64,000 nucleotides of DNA from an uncultured Acidobacteriota bacterium (lineage in GTDB: Bacteria > Acidobacteriota > Terriglobia > Acidiferrales > UBA7541), in contig CAWDRE010000001.1 in assembly GCA_963804655.1 (NCBI GenBank), positions 311,747 to 375,746 of the forward strand, given 5' to 3'. Within the stretch, counting starts at the first letter, position 1. Each line of letters starts with the position of its first letter. Positions 1 through 10,871 of the stretch are shown in pieces. The notes under the pieces are model-generated. The model was not told where the DNA came from, did no database searches, and saw only the letters and a program-made list of their open reading frames with translations. The translations under genes were made by a program, and so were the position numbers.

Positions 1-1335
1 GCCGCTTTGAGCTTGGCGCAGGCGGGCTTCGATTTGCGCTGCGGACTGACGCGGGCTGGCGATCGTGACCAGATGCGTCGCTAGCTGTTGATCGGGTGTG
101 GAACCCCCTCCGATCACTGAAAAGCCCGGAAGCACTTCGACGGTTACGCCAGGTTGCAATCTCGTGCGCAATTTTTCGCAGAAATTGTTGGCGCGCTTCC
201 CAATTTCTTCAGCCGAAAGACGAATCATGCGCAGCGCGGGAATTTCATCGAGCGCGCCACGCAGGTAGCTTTGCAGTGTGACTTCCAGCGCGGCGATGAT
301 CAGTTTATCCACGCGCAGCGCCCGGAACAGCGGATTTTGACGGATGCGATCCACGAATTCTTTCTTCCCTGCGATGATTCCCGCCTGAGGGCCGCCCAGT
401 AATTTATCTCCGCTGAAGCTCACGATGGAGGCGCCTGCTTCGCAACTCGCGCGGGCGACAGGTTCCGCGACGCCACTGGCTGCTAGATCAGCGATACAGC
501 CGGAGCCCAGATCTTCATAGACAGGGATGTGGCAGCGTTCGCCTAGTGCGACGAGCTCTGCGAGCGAGGGGCGTTCGGCGAATCCCGTGATGCGAAAATT
601 TGAGGGGTGCACGCGCAGGAGCAGGCGGGTGTGTTCCGTGATAGCGCGCTCGTAGTCGCGCAGGCGGGTACGATTGGTGGTCCCGACCTCGCGAAGGAGA
701 GCGCCACTTTCGGTCATTATGTCCGGGATGCGAAAGCCGTCGCCAATCTCAATCAGCTCGCCGCGAGAGACGACCACTTCGGCGTCTTTGGCGAGGGTGT
801 TCAGGACGAGGAAGACCGCAGCGGCGTTGTTGTTGACCACGATGGCGGCTTCGGCGCCGACAAGTTCCGCGAGCAGTCGCGCGGTGTGGACATCCCGCTT
901 GCCGCGTTCACCGCGCGCGACGTCGTACTCCAGATTCGAGTAGTGCGTCGCGGTTTCGGCGATTTGGGCTGCCGCAGCCGGCGCGAGCGGCGCGCGTCCG
1001 AGGTTTGTGTGCAGCACGACGCCCGTCGCGTTGATCACCCGGCGGAGCGAGGGCGCGAGAATTCGTTCGACCTCAGCGATAACGCGGGATTCCAGCTGCT
1101 CGAGTTCGAATGTTGGTGCGACCGGCTCGTTTGATTGCGTTGATTCGGTTTTCAGCTGGGCTCGCAGCTCGGCGAGAACCTCGCGGACGGCGCGCGTAAC
1201 AAGTTCACCGCCGGATTTCTGCGCCAATGCTCGCAGGCGGGGCTGCCCGAGCAGTTCGTCCACTGCCGGGATCGCGCGCAGACGCGAGCTTGCGTCTTTC
1301 TGCATCTTGGCTGCGGATTCCGGCGTCAGGTTCAT
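1..1335 (-). CDS. selA: L-seryl-tRNA(Sec) selenium transferase; C-terminal end runs off the window
   Basis: Absent from the ORF track because there is no stop in the window. Manual minus-strand translation from ATG (1335-1333) stays open to base 1 (445 codons): MNLTPESAAKMQKD...RVINATGVVLHTNLGRAPL...SNLEYDVARGERGKRD...VHPSNFRITGF...SFSGDKLLGGPQAGIIAG (PLP-lysine region typical of SelA). Confidence 0.85.
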   Translation of the reverse strand, partial: MNLTPESAAKMQKDASSRLRAIPAVDELLGQPRLRALAQKSGGELVTRAVREVLAELRAQLKTESTQSNEPVAPTFELEQLESRVIAEVERILAPSLRRVINATGVVLHTNLGRAPLAPAAAAQIAETATHYSNLEYDVARGERGKRDVHTARLLAELVGAEAAIVVNNNAAAVFLVLNTLAKDAEVVVSRGELIEIGDGFRIPDIMTESGALLREVGTTNRTRLRDYERAITEHTRLLLRVHPSNFRITGFAERPSLAELVALGERCHIPVYEDLGSGCIADLAASGVAEPVARASCEAGASIVSFSGDKLLGGPQAGIIAGKKEFVDRIRQNPLFRALRVDKLIIAALEVTLQSYLRGALDEIPALRMIRLSAEEIGKRANNFCEKLRTRLQPGVTVEVLPGFSVIGGGSTPDQQLATHLVTIASPRQSAAQIEARLRQAQSG

Positions 1336-1538
1336 CGCTAAGACATTTGAACACAATATGATACGAGCTGGCAATCGGTACCCAGCACCAGGGCGTTTCC
1401 CTTTGCGACAAAGACTCCGAGGGTCACATTGACGCGGGCGAAGCTGCATTCTACGCTGGACTTACAGTTTGGGACTGGCACTAGCAGGGTTGCGCGAGCT
1501 GGAGCATTTGCGGCGCAACATGCCGGCGGAACAAAATT

Positions 1539-2252
1539 ATGGCGACAATTGACGAAGAACTCGGGCAGATCGAGCGGGATATCCGCACGCTGAAGATTGA
1601 GTTTGAACAGTACTTCGGCGGTGGGCGCTCCCGGCCACCGACAGATACGCAGTGGCGGCTGGAGACGAACTTGAAGCGCTATGCGGACCGTTCCGGCGAT
1701 CTTTCCTCTGGCCAGCGATTTCGCTACAGCAACCTGGCGTCCACATATGCAAAGTATCAGGACATGTGGCGAAAGAAGTTGATACAGAAGGAAAGTGGAA
1801 CCACACAGCATCATTACGGCGCCGCTGCCAAAGCGATTCAAGCGGAGCGTTCGCGCAAAGTCGCCGTCGAACAGATGGAGACGCGCGCCGCTGAAACCGC
1901 GGCCGCGAATGGAGACAATGGAGATTCAGCGGTATCTGCCGCTGCCGCGGTTGCTCATGCCGCAGCGGAAGCCGCGGCGCGCGCGGCCGAGACGCGGCAC
2001 ACGGCGACCGATTTTGCGATGGCGTTTTCCGATCCGGAGAACGAGACCGAGAAGGTGGAGAAGCTGTATCAACGGCTGGTGGAAGCGCGCAGCGAGACCG
2101 GCGAAAAGGCCGGAGTGCCAAGCCTGAAGGATTTCGAACGGTTCGTGCGGCAAAAGACGAAAGACCTGAAGGACAAAGGCGGCCGCGAGATCGAGTACAC
2201 AGTAAGCATTGAAAACGGCCGCGTGAAGTTGAAGGCTCGCGTTTCCAACTGA
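1539..2252 (+). CDS. hypothetical protein, divergent from selA
   Basis: 237-aa ORF with protein-like composition. N-terminus IERDIRTLKIEFEQYFGG, Ala-rich middle, Lys-rich C-terminus FVRQKTKDLKDKGGREIEYTVSIENGRVKLKARV. I cannot name a family with confidence. Confidence 0.6.
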   Translation: MATIDEELGQIERDIRTLKIEFEQYFGGGRSRPPTDTQWRLETNLKRYADRSGDLSSGQRFRYSNLASTYAKYQDMWRKKLIQKESGTTQHHYGAAAKAIQAERSRKVAVEQMETRAAETAAANGDNGDSAVSAAAAVAHAAAEAAARAAETRHTATDFAMAFSDPENETEKVEKLYQRLVEARSETGEKAGVPSLKDFERFVRQKTKDLKDKGGREIEYTVSIENGRVKLKARVSN

Positions 2253-2253
2253 C

Positions 2254-2282
2254 GCCGCAAGACTGATCATTTCGCTTGCGGC
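2254..2282 (+). terminator. weak hairpin just after the stop at 2252
   Basis: GCCGCAAG (2254-2261) pairs with CTTGCGGC (2275-2282) over a 13-nt loop. No U-tract follows. Confidence 0.25.
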
Positions 2283-2404
2283 TGGCTCACTTCCCGAATT
2301 CCCCGAAACGTACAAAATCTGAATTGAACTTCCCCTCGTAGCAGCCTCTTTCGAAAATGTCCACGAGCGCATACACTAGCTTTCTTTGTTCTGATGGAGG
2401 ATTC

Positions 2405-4000
2405 ATGGCTGGAGAATGTGGCGTGGCGCGGGCGCTGGTCAGCGTGTATGACAAGACTGGGATAGTGAAGTTTGCTCGCGAGCTGGCAGCGCTGGGCGTG
2501 GAGATTATTTCGACGGGCGGGACGGCGAAACTGCTGCGCGAGGGTGGGCTAGCCGTGCGTGACGTTGCGGAATTGACAGGTTGGCCGGAGATGCTAGGTG
2601 GGCGAGTGAAGACGCTGCACCCGAAGGTTCACGGCGGAATATTATTTCAGCGCGCAAAAGAATCGGATCAAAAGCAAGTTGCCGAGCACGGCATCGTGCC
2701 GATTGATCTGGTGGTGGTGAATTTGTATCCATTCTCGGCGACCGCGGCGAAGCCCGGCGTGAGTGCTGAGGAATTGATCGAGAACATTGATATCGGCGGA
2801 CCGGCGATGGTCCGGTCGGCAGCGAAAAATTTCCAGAGTGTGGGGGTAGTAACGGATCCGGAGGATTATGCGGCGGTGGCCGGCGAATTGCGCGAGGGAG
2901 GCGAATTGAGCCTGACGACCCGGCTGAACCTCGCGCGCAAAGCCTATGCACGGACGGCCAGGTACGACGGCGAAATCGCGACAGAACTCGAGCGCCTGAA
3001 GGTAAACGACGAAGCACCCGGTGCCATATCCATCGGCGCGCTCGAAAAATTACCGCGGAGGATTCACATCGCGCTGGAGCGGCAGCAGCCCATGCGTTAT
3101 GGCGAGAATCCGCACCAGGCGGCAGCGCTGTATATTCCGGCAGGAACTCCGGCGGCCGGATTGGCCGGAGCGAAGCAACTGCAAGGCAAGGAGCTTTCAT
3201 ACAACAATCTGGTAGATCTGGATGCGGCGTGGGCGCTGGCTTCGGAATTTCACCGGCCCGGAGTAGCCATCATCAAACATAACAATCCCTGTGGCGCGGC
3301 CGAGCAGGAATCGCTGCGGGAGGCCTACGTAAAGGCGCTGGAATGCGACCCGGTGTCGGCTTTTGGATCGGTGCTGGCATTCAATCGCGCGCTGGACGCG
3401 GCGACGGCGGAAGAAGTGGTTAAACTTTTCGTCGAATGCGTGGTGGCGCCGGGGTACGAAGCGGCGGCACTGGAAAAGCTCGCGAGCAAGAAAAATTTGC
3501 GGCTACTGGAAATGCTGCGCGGTGAATCCGCGGAGGAGTTGGACTTGAAACGGATTTCGGGCGGGATGCTGGCGCAGGAGCCCGACCGCCACGAGTTGGC
3601 CGAGACGGATCTGAAGGTGGTGACCGATCGCACGCCCACAGCGGAGGAAAAGCGCGCGCTGCTTTTCGGCTGGAAAGTATGCAAGCACGTGAAATCGAAC
3701 GCGATCGTATTTGCGCGCGAGGGTCAGACGGTGGGAGTGGGCGCGGGCCAGATGAGCCGCGTGGATTCGGTAAAGATTGCGGTGATCAAAGCGGCGACGG
3801 CGGGACTTTCGCTCGAGGGCAGCGTGGTGGCATCCGATGCGTTCTTCCCTTTTCCGGATGGCGTCGAAGAGGCAGGGAAAGCGGGAGCTACCGCTGTGAT
3901 CCAACCGGGCGGCTCGGTCCGCGACGCGGACGTAATCGCGACCGCCAACAGGATGGGTATGGCTATGGTTTTTTCTGGCGTCCGCCATTTCCGGCACTAG
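2405..4000 (+). CDS. purH: bifunctional AICAR formyltransferase / IMP cyclohydrolase
   Basis: Motifs [38 protein letters not shown] and QPGGSVRD. The ORF opens at 2357, but ATG 2405 sits 5 nt after a GGAGGA Shine-Dalgarno. Confidence 0.95.
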   Translation: MAGECGVARALVSVYDKTGIVKFARELAALGVEIISTGGTAKLLREGGLAVRDVAELTGWPEMLGGRVKTLHPKVHGGILFQRAKESDQKQVAEHGIVPIDLVVVNLYPFSATAAKPGVSAEELIENIDIGGPAMVRSAAKNFQSVGVVTDPEDYAAVAGELREGGELSLTTRLNLARKAYARTARYDGEIATELERLKVNDEAPGAISIGALEKLPRRIHIALERQQPMRYGENPHQAAALYIPAGTPAAGLAGAKQLQGKELSYNNLVDLDAAWALASEFHRPGVAIIKHNNPCGAAEQESLREAYVKALECDPVSAFGSVLAFNRALDAATAEEVVKLFVECVVAPGYEAAALEKLASKKNLRLLEMLRGESAEELDLKRISGGMLAQEPDRHELAETDLKVVTDRTPTAEEKRALLFGWKVCKHVKSNAIVFAREGQTVGVGAGQMSRVDSVKIAVIKAATAGLSLEGSVVASDAFFPFPDGVEEAGKAGATAVIQPGGSVRDADVIATANRMGMAMVFSGVRHFRH

Positions 4001-4616
4001 ACGCGGGACCCGTGGAGGGCTGGCGGTGATAGGTGATTTCGATGACCTGTACATCGCCCGTCTGGGGAACCAGCTCCGAGCGCGAAGTGTAAGTGTCGGC
4101 GTCAATCCGCGTGAGAATCGCGCGTTTAGGCATCCCACTCACCGGGTTTTCAAAGGTGATTCTCTTTCCGTCCGTACTGGCGAGGTTCAGCACCGTCGCA
4201 TCCGATTTTTCCCACGGTACCAGCTCCGAAGTGAAATGGCGAAAGTAGAAATTGATTCCATCAGGCATTTGCACCATGGTGAACACTTCGATGACAAGCG
4301 GCTTATCGCCTTCGATGAGCCGGAACACTCCCAACATCAGCCCCGCTTTCGGCGCCATCCATACTTGCTCGGCAACGCGCGGCCCCCAATCACCGCGCCA
4401 CCGACCCTCCAGCCAGCCAAAGTCGGAGAGTTTGGCCGCAGCGGCCGATTGTGTAGATGGCAACGGGGCTGGTGAATCGGGAACAACCGCGGACGCACCA
4501 CCTGAGCGCGCAACTCCACCGGTCGGATGCTGCGCGGAGGCCGGCGCCAGTGGGAACAAGCTCAGCAGAATCGCAATGGCCAGGAAATTACGAAGGGCCA
4601 GTTGGAATCGAAACAT
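3963..4616 (-). CDS. secreted protein of unknown function
   Basis: Signal peptide [28 protein letters not shown] followed by a beta-rich body ([29 protein letters not shown]...). Its 3' end overlaps the purH 3' end convergently by 38 nt. Confidence 0.6.
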   Translation of the reverse strand: MFRFQLALRNFLAIAILLSLFPLAPASAQHPTGGVARSGGASAVVPDSPAPLPSTQSAAAAKLSDFGWLEGRWRGDWGPRVAEQVWMAPKAGLMLGVFRLIEGDKPLVIEVFTMVQMPDGINFYFRHFTSELVPWEKSDATVLNLASTDGKRITFENPVSGMPKRAILTRIDADTYTSRSELVPQTGDVQVIEITYHRQPSTGPASSAGNGGRQKKP

Positions 4617-4831
4617 CTCGCGCTACCTCCCTAGGAGCGAATGGATGATCGCCGCGATATTTGGCCTGATTTTGCGCTGGTATCGAACATTTTCCCAAAA
4701 ACTCAAGCAGGGAGGTATCCCAGGGTGCGTTCCACGCGTCCAAGCTATAGTGCAATAACGACGGACTTAGTGCGGCTATTACTTTGACGCATTCACCGGG
4801 GTATACGATAATGGAATTTCGCAGTGGACGC

Positions 4832-7006
4832 ATGAAAACAATAATCTCTAGCACGCTTGGCGCAATCCTGGGGCTGTTCGCGGCCGCACCAGCCGCGTTG
4901 GCGCTAGGTGCTATTCCGGGAACGCCAGGGGCCTCGGGCCCTCAGACTGCGCAATCTGCCGCAAGTTCCCAATCAACCAAATCGAATCCGGCGGCTTCCG
5001 ACGCGACGCATGGCGACGTTTATTACTACTTCACGATGGGCCATGTGGATGAGATGCAATTCGAATTGACGGGCCAGCCGGACCTCGCGACACAATCCAT
5101 TGATTCCTATAAGAAAGCGCTGGAACTATCTCCGGGTTCGCCGGTGATCATGGAGCGGCTTGCGGAAATTTACGCCAAATCGCAGCACATTCGCGATGCT
5201 GTGGAGCAAGCCCAGGCTGCACTGAAGATCGATCCCGATAACGTGGATGCGCACCGGCTGCTGGCGCGGATTTACGTCCGCACGCTCGGGGATTTGAGCG
5301 CGGGCGACGTGCAGAAAGAAAACCTGGCCAAAGCGATCGAGCAATTTCAGGCAATTTTAAAGATCCAACCGGATGACGCCTATTCCGAGCTGTGGCTGGC
5401 GCGGCTGTATCGGTTTGAAAACCAGCACGGCGAAGCGGAAAAAGTGCTGCGCGACTTGCTCCAACGCGATCCCGGCAACGGGCCAGCCCTGGAACAACTG
5501 AGCCAACTGCTGATGGATGAGGGACGTTCGCAAGAGGCGGAGAAACTGCTGGCGGACGCCGCGAACGATTCCGCCTCGCCGGAAGTTTACGATCTATTGG
5601 GCGACGCGTATTCGCAATCCAAAGAGTACGCCAAGGCCGAAGAGGCCTATCGCAAGGCCGTCGAAGAAGATCCGGACGATCCCGGGCACTTGCACGGTTT
5701 GGCGCAAGCGTTGATGGCGCAGGACAAATACGCAGAGGCGCTGGAGGAATTCAAACGATTGGCCGAAGTGGAACCTGGCACCGCCGAGAATTACTTGCGG
5801 ATGGCACAGCTGTACCGCCGCTTGGGGAAATTCGATCAGGCGGAATCGAGTTTATTACGTGCAAAGCAGCTGGCTCCCGGCAGCCTGGAAGTCCTTTATA
5901 ACGAAGCGCTGCTATATGAGGATCAAGGCCGCTACGACGACGCCGTAAAGGTATTGAGCGACGCGATCGCCGGGATGAGGAGCCAATCGGCGAGCGGCTC
6001 GCGAAATCCCGAAGCGTCCGGGTCGGATAATTCCGCGAGCGCCGAGGCGAGTCCCAATGCGCTGGCTATTCTTTACGAGCAGCTCGGGCATGCGTACCGG
6101 GAACAGGAGAACTACACCGCTGCCATTCGTACCTACGAAGAAATGGCCAAGCTAGGTCCCGAGGCGCAAAAGCGCGCGGAAATGCTGCTGATTGATACTT
6201 ATCGCGAGAGCCGCGATCTGGACCGCGCAATCGCTGAAACGAAGAAGCAGCTCGACGCTTCTCCGAAGGATGCGAGTCTGACCGTGACGTTGGCAACGCT
6301 CTACGGCGAAAAATCGGATACTGACGCGGCGACGAAGCTGCTCGATGGCTTGCTGCGAGGGAATGATAGCGACCAGGAAATTTACTTGAATCTGGCGCAG
6401 GTACAGGAACGAGGCAAGAAGTACGCGGAGGCGGAGCAGTCCGCGCAAAAAGCCGAGCAAATGGCGCACGCCGATGACGACAAGGAAACAGCGTGGTTCT
6501 TGCTGGGCGCCATCTACGAGCGGCAGAAGAAATTCGATCAGGCAGAGCAGGAGTTCCGCAAAGTGCTGGATGTGAATCCGAATAACGCTTCGGTGCTGAA
6601 CTACTACGGCTACATGCTGGCGGATCGCGGCGTGCGATTGGACGAAGCGACTTCCATGATCCAGCGGGCGGTGACGCAGGAGCCCAGCAATGGAGCGTAT
6701 TTGGACAGCCTGGGTTGGGCGTATTACAAGCAGAACAAGCTGACGGAAGCCGAGGAGAGTTTGCGCAAAGCGGTGGAACGCCAGGGCCACGATCCCACGA
6801 TTCTGGGGCACCTCGGTGATGTGTATGCCAAGCTCGGGCAGCCGGAACGCGCCGCCTCTTATTGGGAGCGCGCGCTCGCGGAATGGCAGAAAGCGGCGCC
6901 GGCGGATTACGAGCCCGACAAGGTGAACGAGCTGGACGCGCAACTTAAGAATCTGAAACGGCGCACCGCGCAAAAAACCACGCCGGATTCGGCGAAACCG
7001 CAGTAA
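4832..7006 (+). CDS. secreted tetratricopeptide (TPR) repeat protein
   Basis: Signal-like MKTIISSTLGAILGLFAAAPAALA, then many 34-aa TPR-like units (e.g. AIEQFQAILKIQPDDAYSELWLARLY, AEQEFRKVLDVNPNNASVLNYYGYML). The ORF opens at 4784, so the start is uncertain (4784, 4811 or 4832). Confidence 0.85.
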   Translation: MKTIISSTLGAILGLFAAAPAALALGAIPGTPGASGPQTAQSAASSQSTKSNPAASDATHGDVYYYFTMGHVDEMQFELTGQPDLATQSIDSYKKALELSPGSPVIMERLAEIYAKSQHIRDAVEQAQAALKIDPDNVDAHRLLARIYVRTLGDLSAGDVQKENLAKAIEQFQAILKIQPDDAYSELWLARLYRFENQHGEAEKVLRDLLQRDPGNGPALEQLSQLLMDEGRSQEAEKLLADAANDSASPEVYDLLGDAYSQSKEYAKAEEAYRKAVEEDPDDPGHLHGLAQALMAQDKYAEALEEFKRLAEVEPGTAENYLRMAQLYRRLGKFDQAESSLLRAKQLAPGSLEVLYNEALLYEDQGRYDDAVKVLSDAIAGMRSQSASGSRNPEASGSDNSASAEASPNALAILYEQLGHAYREQENYTAAIRTYEEMAKLGPEAQKRAEMLLIDTYRESRDLDRAIAETKKQLDASPKDASLTVTLATLYGEKSDTDAATKLLDGLLRGNDSDQEIYLNLAQVQERGKKYAEAEQSAQKAEQMAHADDDKETAWFLLGAIYERQKKFDQAEQEFRKVLDVNPNNASVLNYYGYMLADRGVRLDEATSMIQRAVTQEPSNGAYLDSLGWAYYKQNKLTEAEESLRKAVERQGHDPTILGHLGDVYAKLGQPERAASYWERALAEWQKAAPADYEPDKVNELDAQLKNLKRRTAQKTTPDSAKPQ

Positions 7007-7016
7007 GCTCCCCCGC

Positions 7017-7925
7017 ATGACTCGCGCGACACCCCAGAAAAGATCGGTGCGCCTTCCCGCGTTCGCGAAAATAAATCTGTGCTTGCACGTGGTGGGGAAG
7101 CGTCCGGACGGTTACCACGAGCTGCGCACGATTTTTCAAGCTATTTCCCTGCGCGACACGTTAGAGCTGTCGCTCGCGCCCGAGCCTGGAATTTTTCTGG
7201 AAACCAATGTGCCGGAGTTGCCGAACGGGCCGGAGAATCTTGTCTATCGCGCGATTGAAGCAATCGGACGCGAGCTTGGTTTTCGCGGCGGAATTCGCGC
7301 GAAACTGGAAAAGAAGATCCCTGTGGCGCGCGGGTTAGGCGGCGGCTCGAGCGACGCCGCGGCAGCGTTGATCGGGATGTTGCGCCTGACGAAAAAAAAG
7401 CTGCCCCTGGAACGATTGCTGGAGATCGCAGCGGGATTGGGCGCGGATGTGCCGTTCTTTTTGTTTGGCGGACGCGCTTTGGCGGTGAGTCGCGGTGACG
7501 AGATCTACCCGCTGCCGAACGGGCCGAAGCGGACGATCCTGGTGGTATCGCCGCACGACGTGGGAGTGAGCACCAAGGAGGCCTATCAGTGGGTTTCCGA
7601 GGAATTGACAAAACGCGCGGAACCCCCTAAAATCTTGAGGTTCTGTGCTCTGTGCTGGAGCCGGCAGGGGGCGGGCATCTCGAACGATTTCGAGGCGCCG
7701 GTCTTCCGCCGTTATCCCCGCCTTGGAGAAATCCGGGAGGGATTGCTCAAGCGAGGAGCCGCAGATGCCGCGCTGGCGGGTAGCGGGTCGGCGGTGTTCG
7801 GAGTATTCCGAAACCCAGCGCAGGCGCGCCGAGCCGCTCGTGCGTTCCCGGAAGATTCGGTTTTCGTCGTTGAAACCCTATCCAGGGAAGACTATGGCCG
7901 TGCTTTGGGCTGGCGTGCGGAATAG
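7017..7925 (+). CDS. ispE: 4-diphosphocytidyl-2-C-methyl-D-erythritol kinase
   Basis: GHMP-kinase motifs: PAFAKINLCLHVVGKRPDGYHEL and IPVARGLGGGSSDAAAA. Confidence 0.9.
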   Translation: MTRATPQKRSVRLPAFAKINLCLHVVGKRPDGYHELRTIFQAISLRDTLELSLAPEPGIFLETNVPELPNGPENLVYRAIEAIGRELGFRGGIRAKLEKKIPVARGLGGGSSDAAAALIGMLRLTKKKLPLERLLEIAAGLGADVPFFLFGGRALAVSRGDEIYPLPNGPKRTILVVSPHDVGVSTKEAYQWVSEELTKRAEPPKILRFCALCWSRQGAGISNDFEAPVFRRYPRLGEIREGLLKRGAADAALAGSGSAVFGVFRNPAQARRAARAFPEDSVFVVETLSREDYGRALGWRAE

Positions 7926-7960
7926 CGCGCGCCGGAGCGTAGCCGGCTGAGGGGAAAGTT

Positions 7961-8905
7961 TTGGCCGACGACAAATTCAAGATTTTCTGCGGCACTGCGA
8001 ATCCCGCGCTGGCGAAAGCGATTTGCAAGTATGTGGGCGTGCCGCTGGGCCAAGCGGAGCACGGGCAGTTCAGCGACGGTGAGACGCGTTATCAGATTTT
8101 GGAGAATGTGCGCGGCGCGGACGTGTTCGTGGTGCAGCCGTGCTCGACGCCGGTAAATTTCAATCTGATGCAGCTGCTGCTGATGATTGATGCGTTCAAG
8201 CGGGCGTCAGCTTGGCGGATCACGGCGGTGGTGCCGTATTACCCGTACGCGAGGCAGGATCGCAAGGACCGGCCGCGGGTGGCGATTTCGGCGAAGCTGG
8301 TGGCGGATTTGCTGGAAACGGCGGGCGCGAGCCGAGTGCTGACACTGGACCTGCACGCGCCGCAGATTCAAGGATATTTCAATATCCCGGTGGACCACCT
8401 GTTCGCTTCTCCGGTGCTGGTGGAATATTTTCAGAAGATGAATCTGGGCCCGATTACGGTGGTTTCGCCGGACGCGGGCGGAGTGGAACGCGCGCGGTTT
8501 TTCGCGAAACGAATTGACGCGCCCCTGGCGATCGTGGATAAGCGCCGCATTGATGTGAACGTCAGTGAAGTGATGCACCTGATCGGCGACGTGGCGGGGC
8601 GCCCGGCGCTGGTGATTGACGACATCATTGATACCGCGGGAACGCTGGTAAAGACCGCGGAAGCGCTGACGAAGCACGGCGCGACCAGAGTTTTCGCGGC
8701 TTGCACGCATCCGGTTCTTTCGGGGCCGGCGGTGGAGCGGATCGCCAAGTCGAATATCGAGGCGGTGGTGGTGTCGGATTCGGTGCCGCTGACTGAAGCG
8801 GCGCAAAAGCTGGACAAGATCAAAGCGTTGAGCGTGGCGCCGCTGCTGGCGCGCGGGATTCAATCCATTCACGAAGAGACTTCAATCAGCGAGCTCTTTA
8901 TTTAG
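7961..8905 (+). CDS. prs: ribose-phosphate pyrophosphokinase
   Basis: Motifs VVPYYPYARQDRK, DLHAPQIQGYF and VIDDIIDTAGT. TTG start preceded by GAGGGGA. Confidence 0.95.
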   Translation: MADDKFKIFCGTANPALAKAICKYVGVPLGQAEHGQFSDGETRYQILENVRGADVFVVQPCSTPVNFNLMQLLLMIDAFKRASAWRITAVVPYYPYARQDRKDRPRVAISAKLVADLLETAGASRVLTLDLHAPQIQGYFNIPVDHLFASPVLVEYFQKMNLGPITVVSPDAGGVERARFFAKRIDAPLAIVDKRRIDVNVSEVMHLIGDVAGRPALVIDDIIDTAGTLVKTAEALTKHGATRVFAACTHPVLSGPAVERIAKSNIEAVVVSDSVPLTEAAQKLDKIKALSVAPLLARGIQSIHEETSISELFI

Positions 8906-8919
8906 CGGGAGAGGAATTC

Positions 8920-9636
8920 ATGGCGACATTCACAGTCGAAGGGAAGGTACGCGAGGGGCGCGGGAAGGGTCCTGCGCGGCGCACGCGTCTGACCGGGATG
9001 GTCCCGGCGATTCTGTACGGCGGGAAGAAAGATTCGATCTCGCTGGCGGTGAACGCCAAGCAAGTCGCGCGCATTCTTCGTTCGGAGACCGGCCATAACA
9101 CGATTTTCACGGTGCAAGTTGCCGAGGGCGACGCGGAAAAAGCGATGGTAAAGGATTGGCAGGTGGATCCGGTCAGCGGGAAGCTCCTACATGTGGATCT
9201 TTTCCGGATCGCGATGGACGTGCGCATGCGCGTCATGGTGCCGGTGCACACCTTCGGTGAGCCACAGGGCGTGAAGATGCAGGGCGGAGTTTTTGAGACG
9301 GTGACGCGTGAAGTGGAAATCGAGTGCTTGCCCGGCGACATTCCCGAGGAATTCAAAGTGGACGTCAGCGACATGCTGATCGGCAAGCAATTGCGCGCCG
9401 CAGATCTCCCGTTTGACCCCAAGAAGATCAAATTGCTGACTGACCCGACACGCGTGATCGCGCACGTGGTGGTGCTGAAGAAGGAAGAAGAACCGGTGGC
9501 GGATGCGGCGGTTACCGCGGAAGCGGCGCCAGCCGAGCCGGAAGTGATGAAGAAGGGCAAGAAGGAAGCGGAAGAGGGCGAGGGCGAAGCGGCAGAGGCT
9601 CCTGCGAAGGCGGAGAAGTCCGAGAAGAAGAAGTAG
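8920..9636 (+). CDS. rplY: 50S ribosomal protein L25 / general stress protein Ctc
   Basis: RLTGMVPAILYGG and a two-domain Ctc-type body, with a Lys/Glu/Ala-rich tail. Classical prs-ctc-pth synteny. Confidence 0.9.
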   Translation: MATFTVEGKVREGRGKGPARRTRLTGMVPAILYGGKKDSISLAVNAKQVARILRSETGHNTIFTVQVAEGDAEKAMVKDWQVDPVSGKLLHVDLFRIAMDVRMRVMVPVHTFGEPQGVKMQGGVFETVTREVEIECLPGDIPEEFKVDVSDMLIGKQLRAADLPFDPKKIKLLTDPTRVIAHVVVLKKEEEPVADAAVTAEAAPAEPEVMKKGKKEAEEGEGEAAEAPAKAEKSEKKK

Positions 9637-9698
9637 CGCTTCCAGCCGGCTGCTAGCGGAGCTTGCGATTCCGTCGCTGGCGGACTCTCAGGGTAAAC

Positions 9699-10286
9699 AT
9701 GAGACTCATTGTCGGCGTCGGAAACCCTGGCCCGGAATACGAGTTCACGCCGCACAATCTGGGGTTTCTGGCGGTGGATGCGGTGGCCGGACGCGCCGGG
9801 ATTCGCGTGACGCGGCCCGAAGCGAAGTCATACGTGGGACTGGGAACTTTGGCTGGTAGCGAAGTAGTGCTGGCCAAGCCGCAAACGATGATGAATCTGA
9901 GCGGCGCGGCGGTGCGGATGCTGCTCGAGCGGTATGAATGCAAAGCCGCCGAGATGATCGTGCTGAGTGACGAGGCCATGTTGCCGTGGGGCATGCTGCG
10001 GATTCGCGAACGAGGCAGCGCCGGCGGGCACAACGGCTTGAAGTCGGTGATCGCGTCTCTCGGGACGAATGAATTTATCCGCGTCCGGCTGGGAGTGAAG
10101 CCGGAATATCCGCTGGAGGACATGGCGGATTACGTTCTGGGAACGATGCGCAAGCCGGAGCGCGAGATTGCGGCGCAGATGGCCGCGGAAGCCGCCGAAG
10201 CGGTGGAATTGATCTTGAGCGAGGGCGTGGGCAAGGCGATGGCGCGGTTCAACCGGCGCGTGGAGACGGAAGAAGATCCGGAATAG
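9699..10286 (+). CDS. pth: peptidyl-tRNA hydrolase
   Basis: MRLIVGVGNPGPEYEFTPHNLGF, MNLSG and GGHNGLKS. The ORF opens at 9663, but ATG 9699 gives the canonical N-terminus. Confidence 0.93.
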   Translation: MRLIVGVGNPGPEYEFTPHNLGFLAVDAVAGRAGIRVTRPEAKSYVGLGTLAGSEVVLAKPQTMMNLSGAAVRMLLERYECKAAEMIVLSDEAMLPWGMLRIRERGSAGGHNGLKSVIASLGTNEFIRVRLGVKPEYPLEDMADYVLGTMRKPEREIAAQMAAEAAEAVELILSEGVGKAMARFNRRVETEEDPE

Positions 10287-10436
10287 CAGCTTCTTGCGAT
10301 AAGACTTAACACTGGGGACACAGAGGACGGCATCGAGTTCACGGTGAATCTCCTGCTGACTCCGCGGAGAGCAGGGTGCCGCAGAGACGGCGCAACCGAT
10401 ATTTCGCAGTAAGAGACGAAGAGGAATCGAGGACAT

Positions 10437-10871
10437 ATGGAAGAGCGTCAGTACGACCTGATTTTCATCTGCCGGCCGGATACGCCGGAAGCGGATATAG
10501 ACAAGCTGATCACGACGCTGGAGCACACGGCGGCGGAGAAGGGCGCGAAGATCGAGTCCGTGGCAAAGTGGGGCCGCAAGCGCATGGCGTATCGCGTGCA
10601 GAAATTGCGCGAGGGATTCTTCGTGTACATGGTGGTGAAGTCCACGCACGGCGAAGTGGTGAAAGAGCTGGAGCGCCGGCTGAAAGTGTCTGACCCGGTG
10701 ATCAAGTATCTGACCGTGCGCCTGGACGAAGAATTGAAGCGGCAGGAAAAATTGAAGAAGCACCGCGAACGGCGCGCCGCGCGGCGTCCGCGCAAGGCGG
10801 TTCCGGCAGCACCGGCGGCCCCAGTTGCGCCTATGGCGCCACCGAGCGAGCAGTCCGCACCCACGGCATAG
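10437..10871 (+). CDS. rpsF: 30S ribosomal protein S6
   Basis: YDLIFICRPD...WGRKRMAYRVQK, with an extended basic/Pro-Ala C-terminal tail. Confidence 0.93.
   Translation: MEERQYDLIFICRPDTPEADIDKLITTLEHTAAEKGAKIESVAKWGRKRMAYRVQKLREGFFVYMVVKSTHGEVVKELERRLKVSDPVIKYLTVRLDEELKRQEKLKKHRERRAARRPRKAVPAAPAAPVAPMAPPSEQSAPTA

Noticed and set aside
3963-4000. 38-nt convergent overlap of purH and the secreted-protein gene
   Set aside because: Both ORFs look genuine, and short convergent overlaps occur. There is no evidence of functional significance.
6152-7018. 288-aa minus-strand ORF inside the TPR gene
   Set aside because: It is antisense to a well-structured TPR protein and has a low-complexity Arg/Leu/Gln-rich translation.
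10287-10436. Possible rpsF (S6:S18-binding) leader RNA
   Set aside because: The position is right, but I cannot verify the conserved structure by eye. The region is also occupied by the CAGAG-type repeat motifs.
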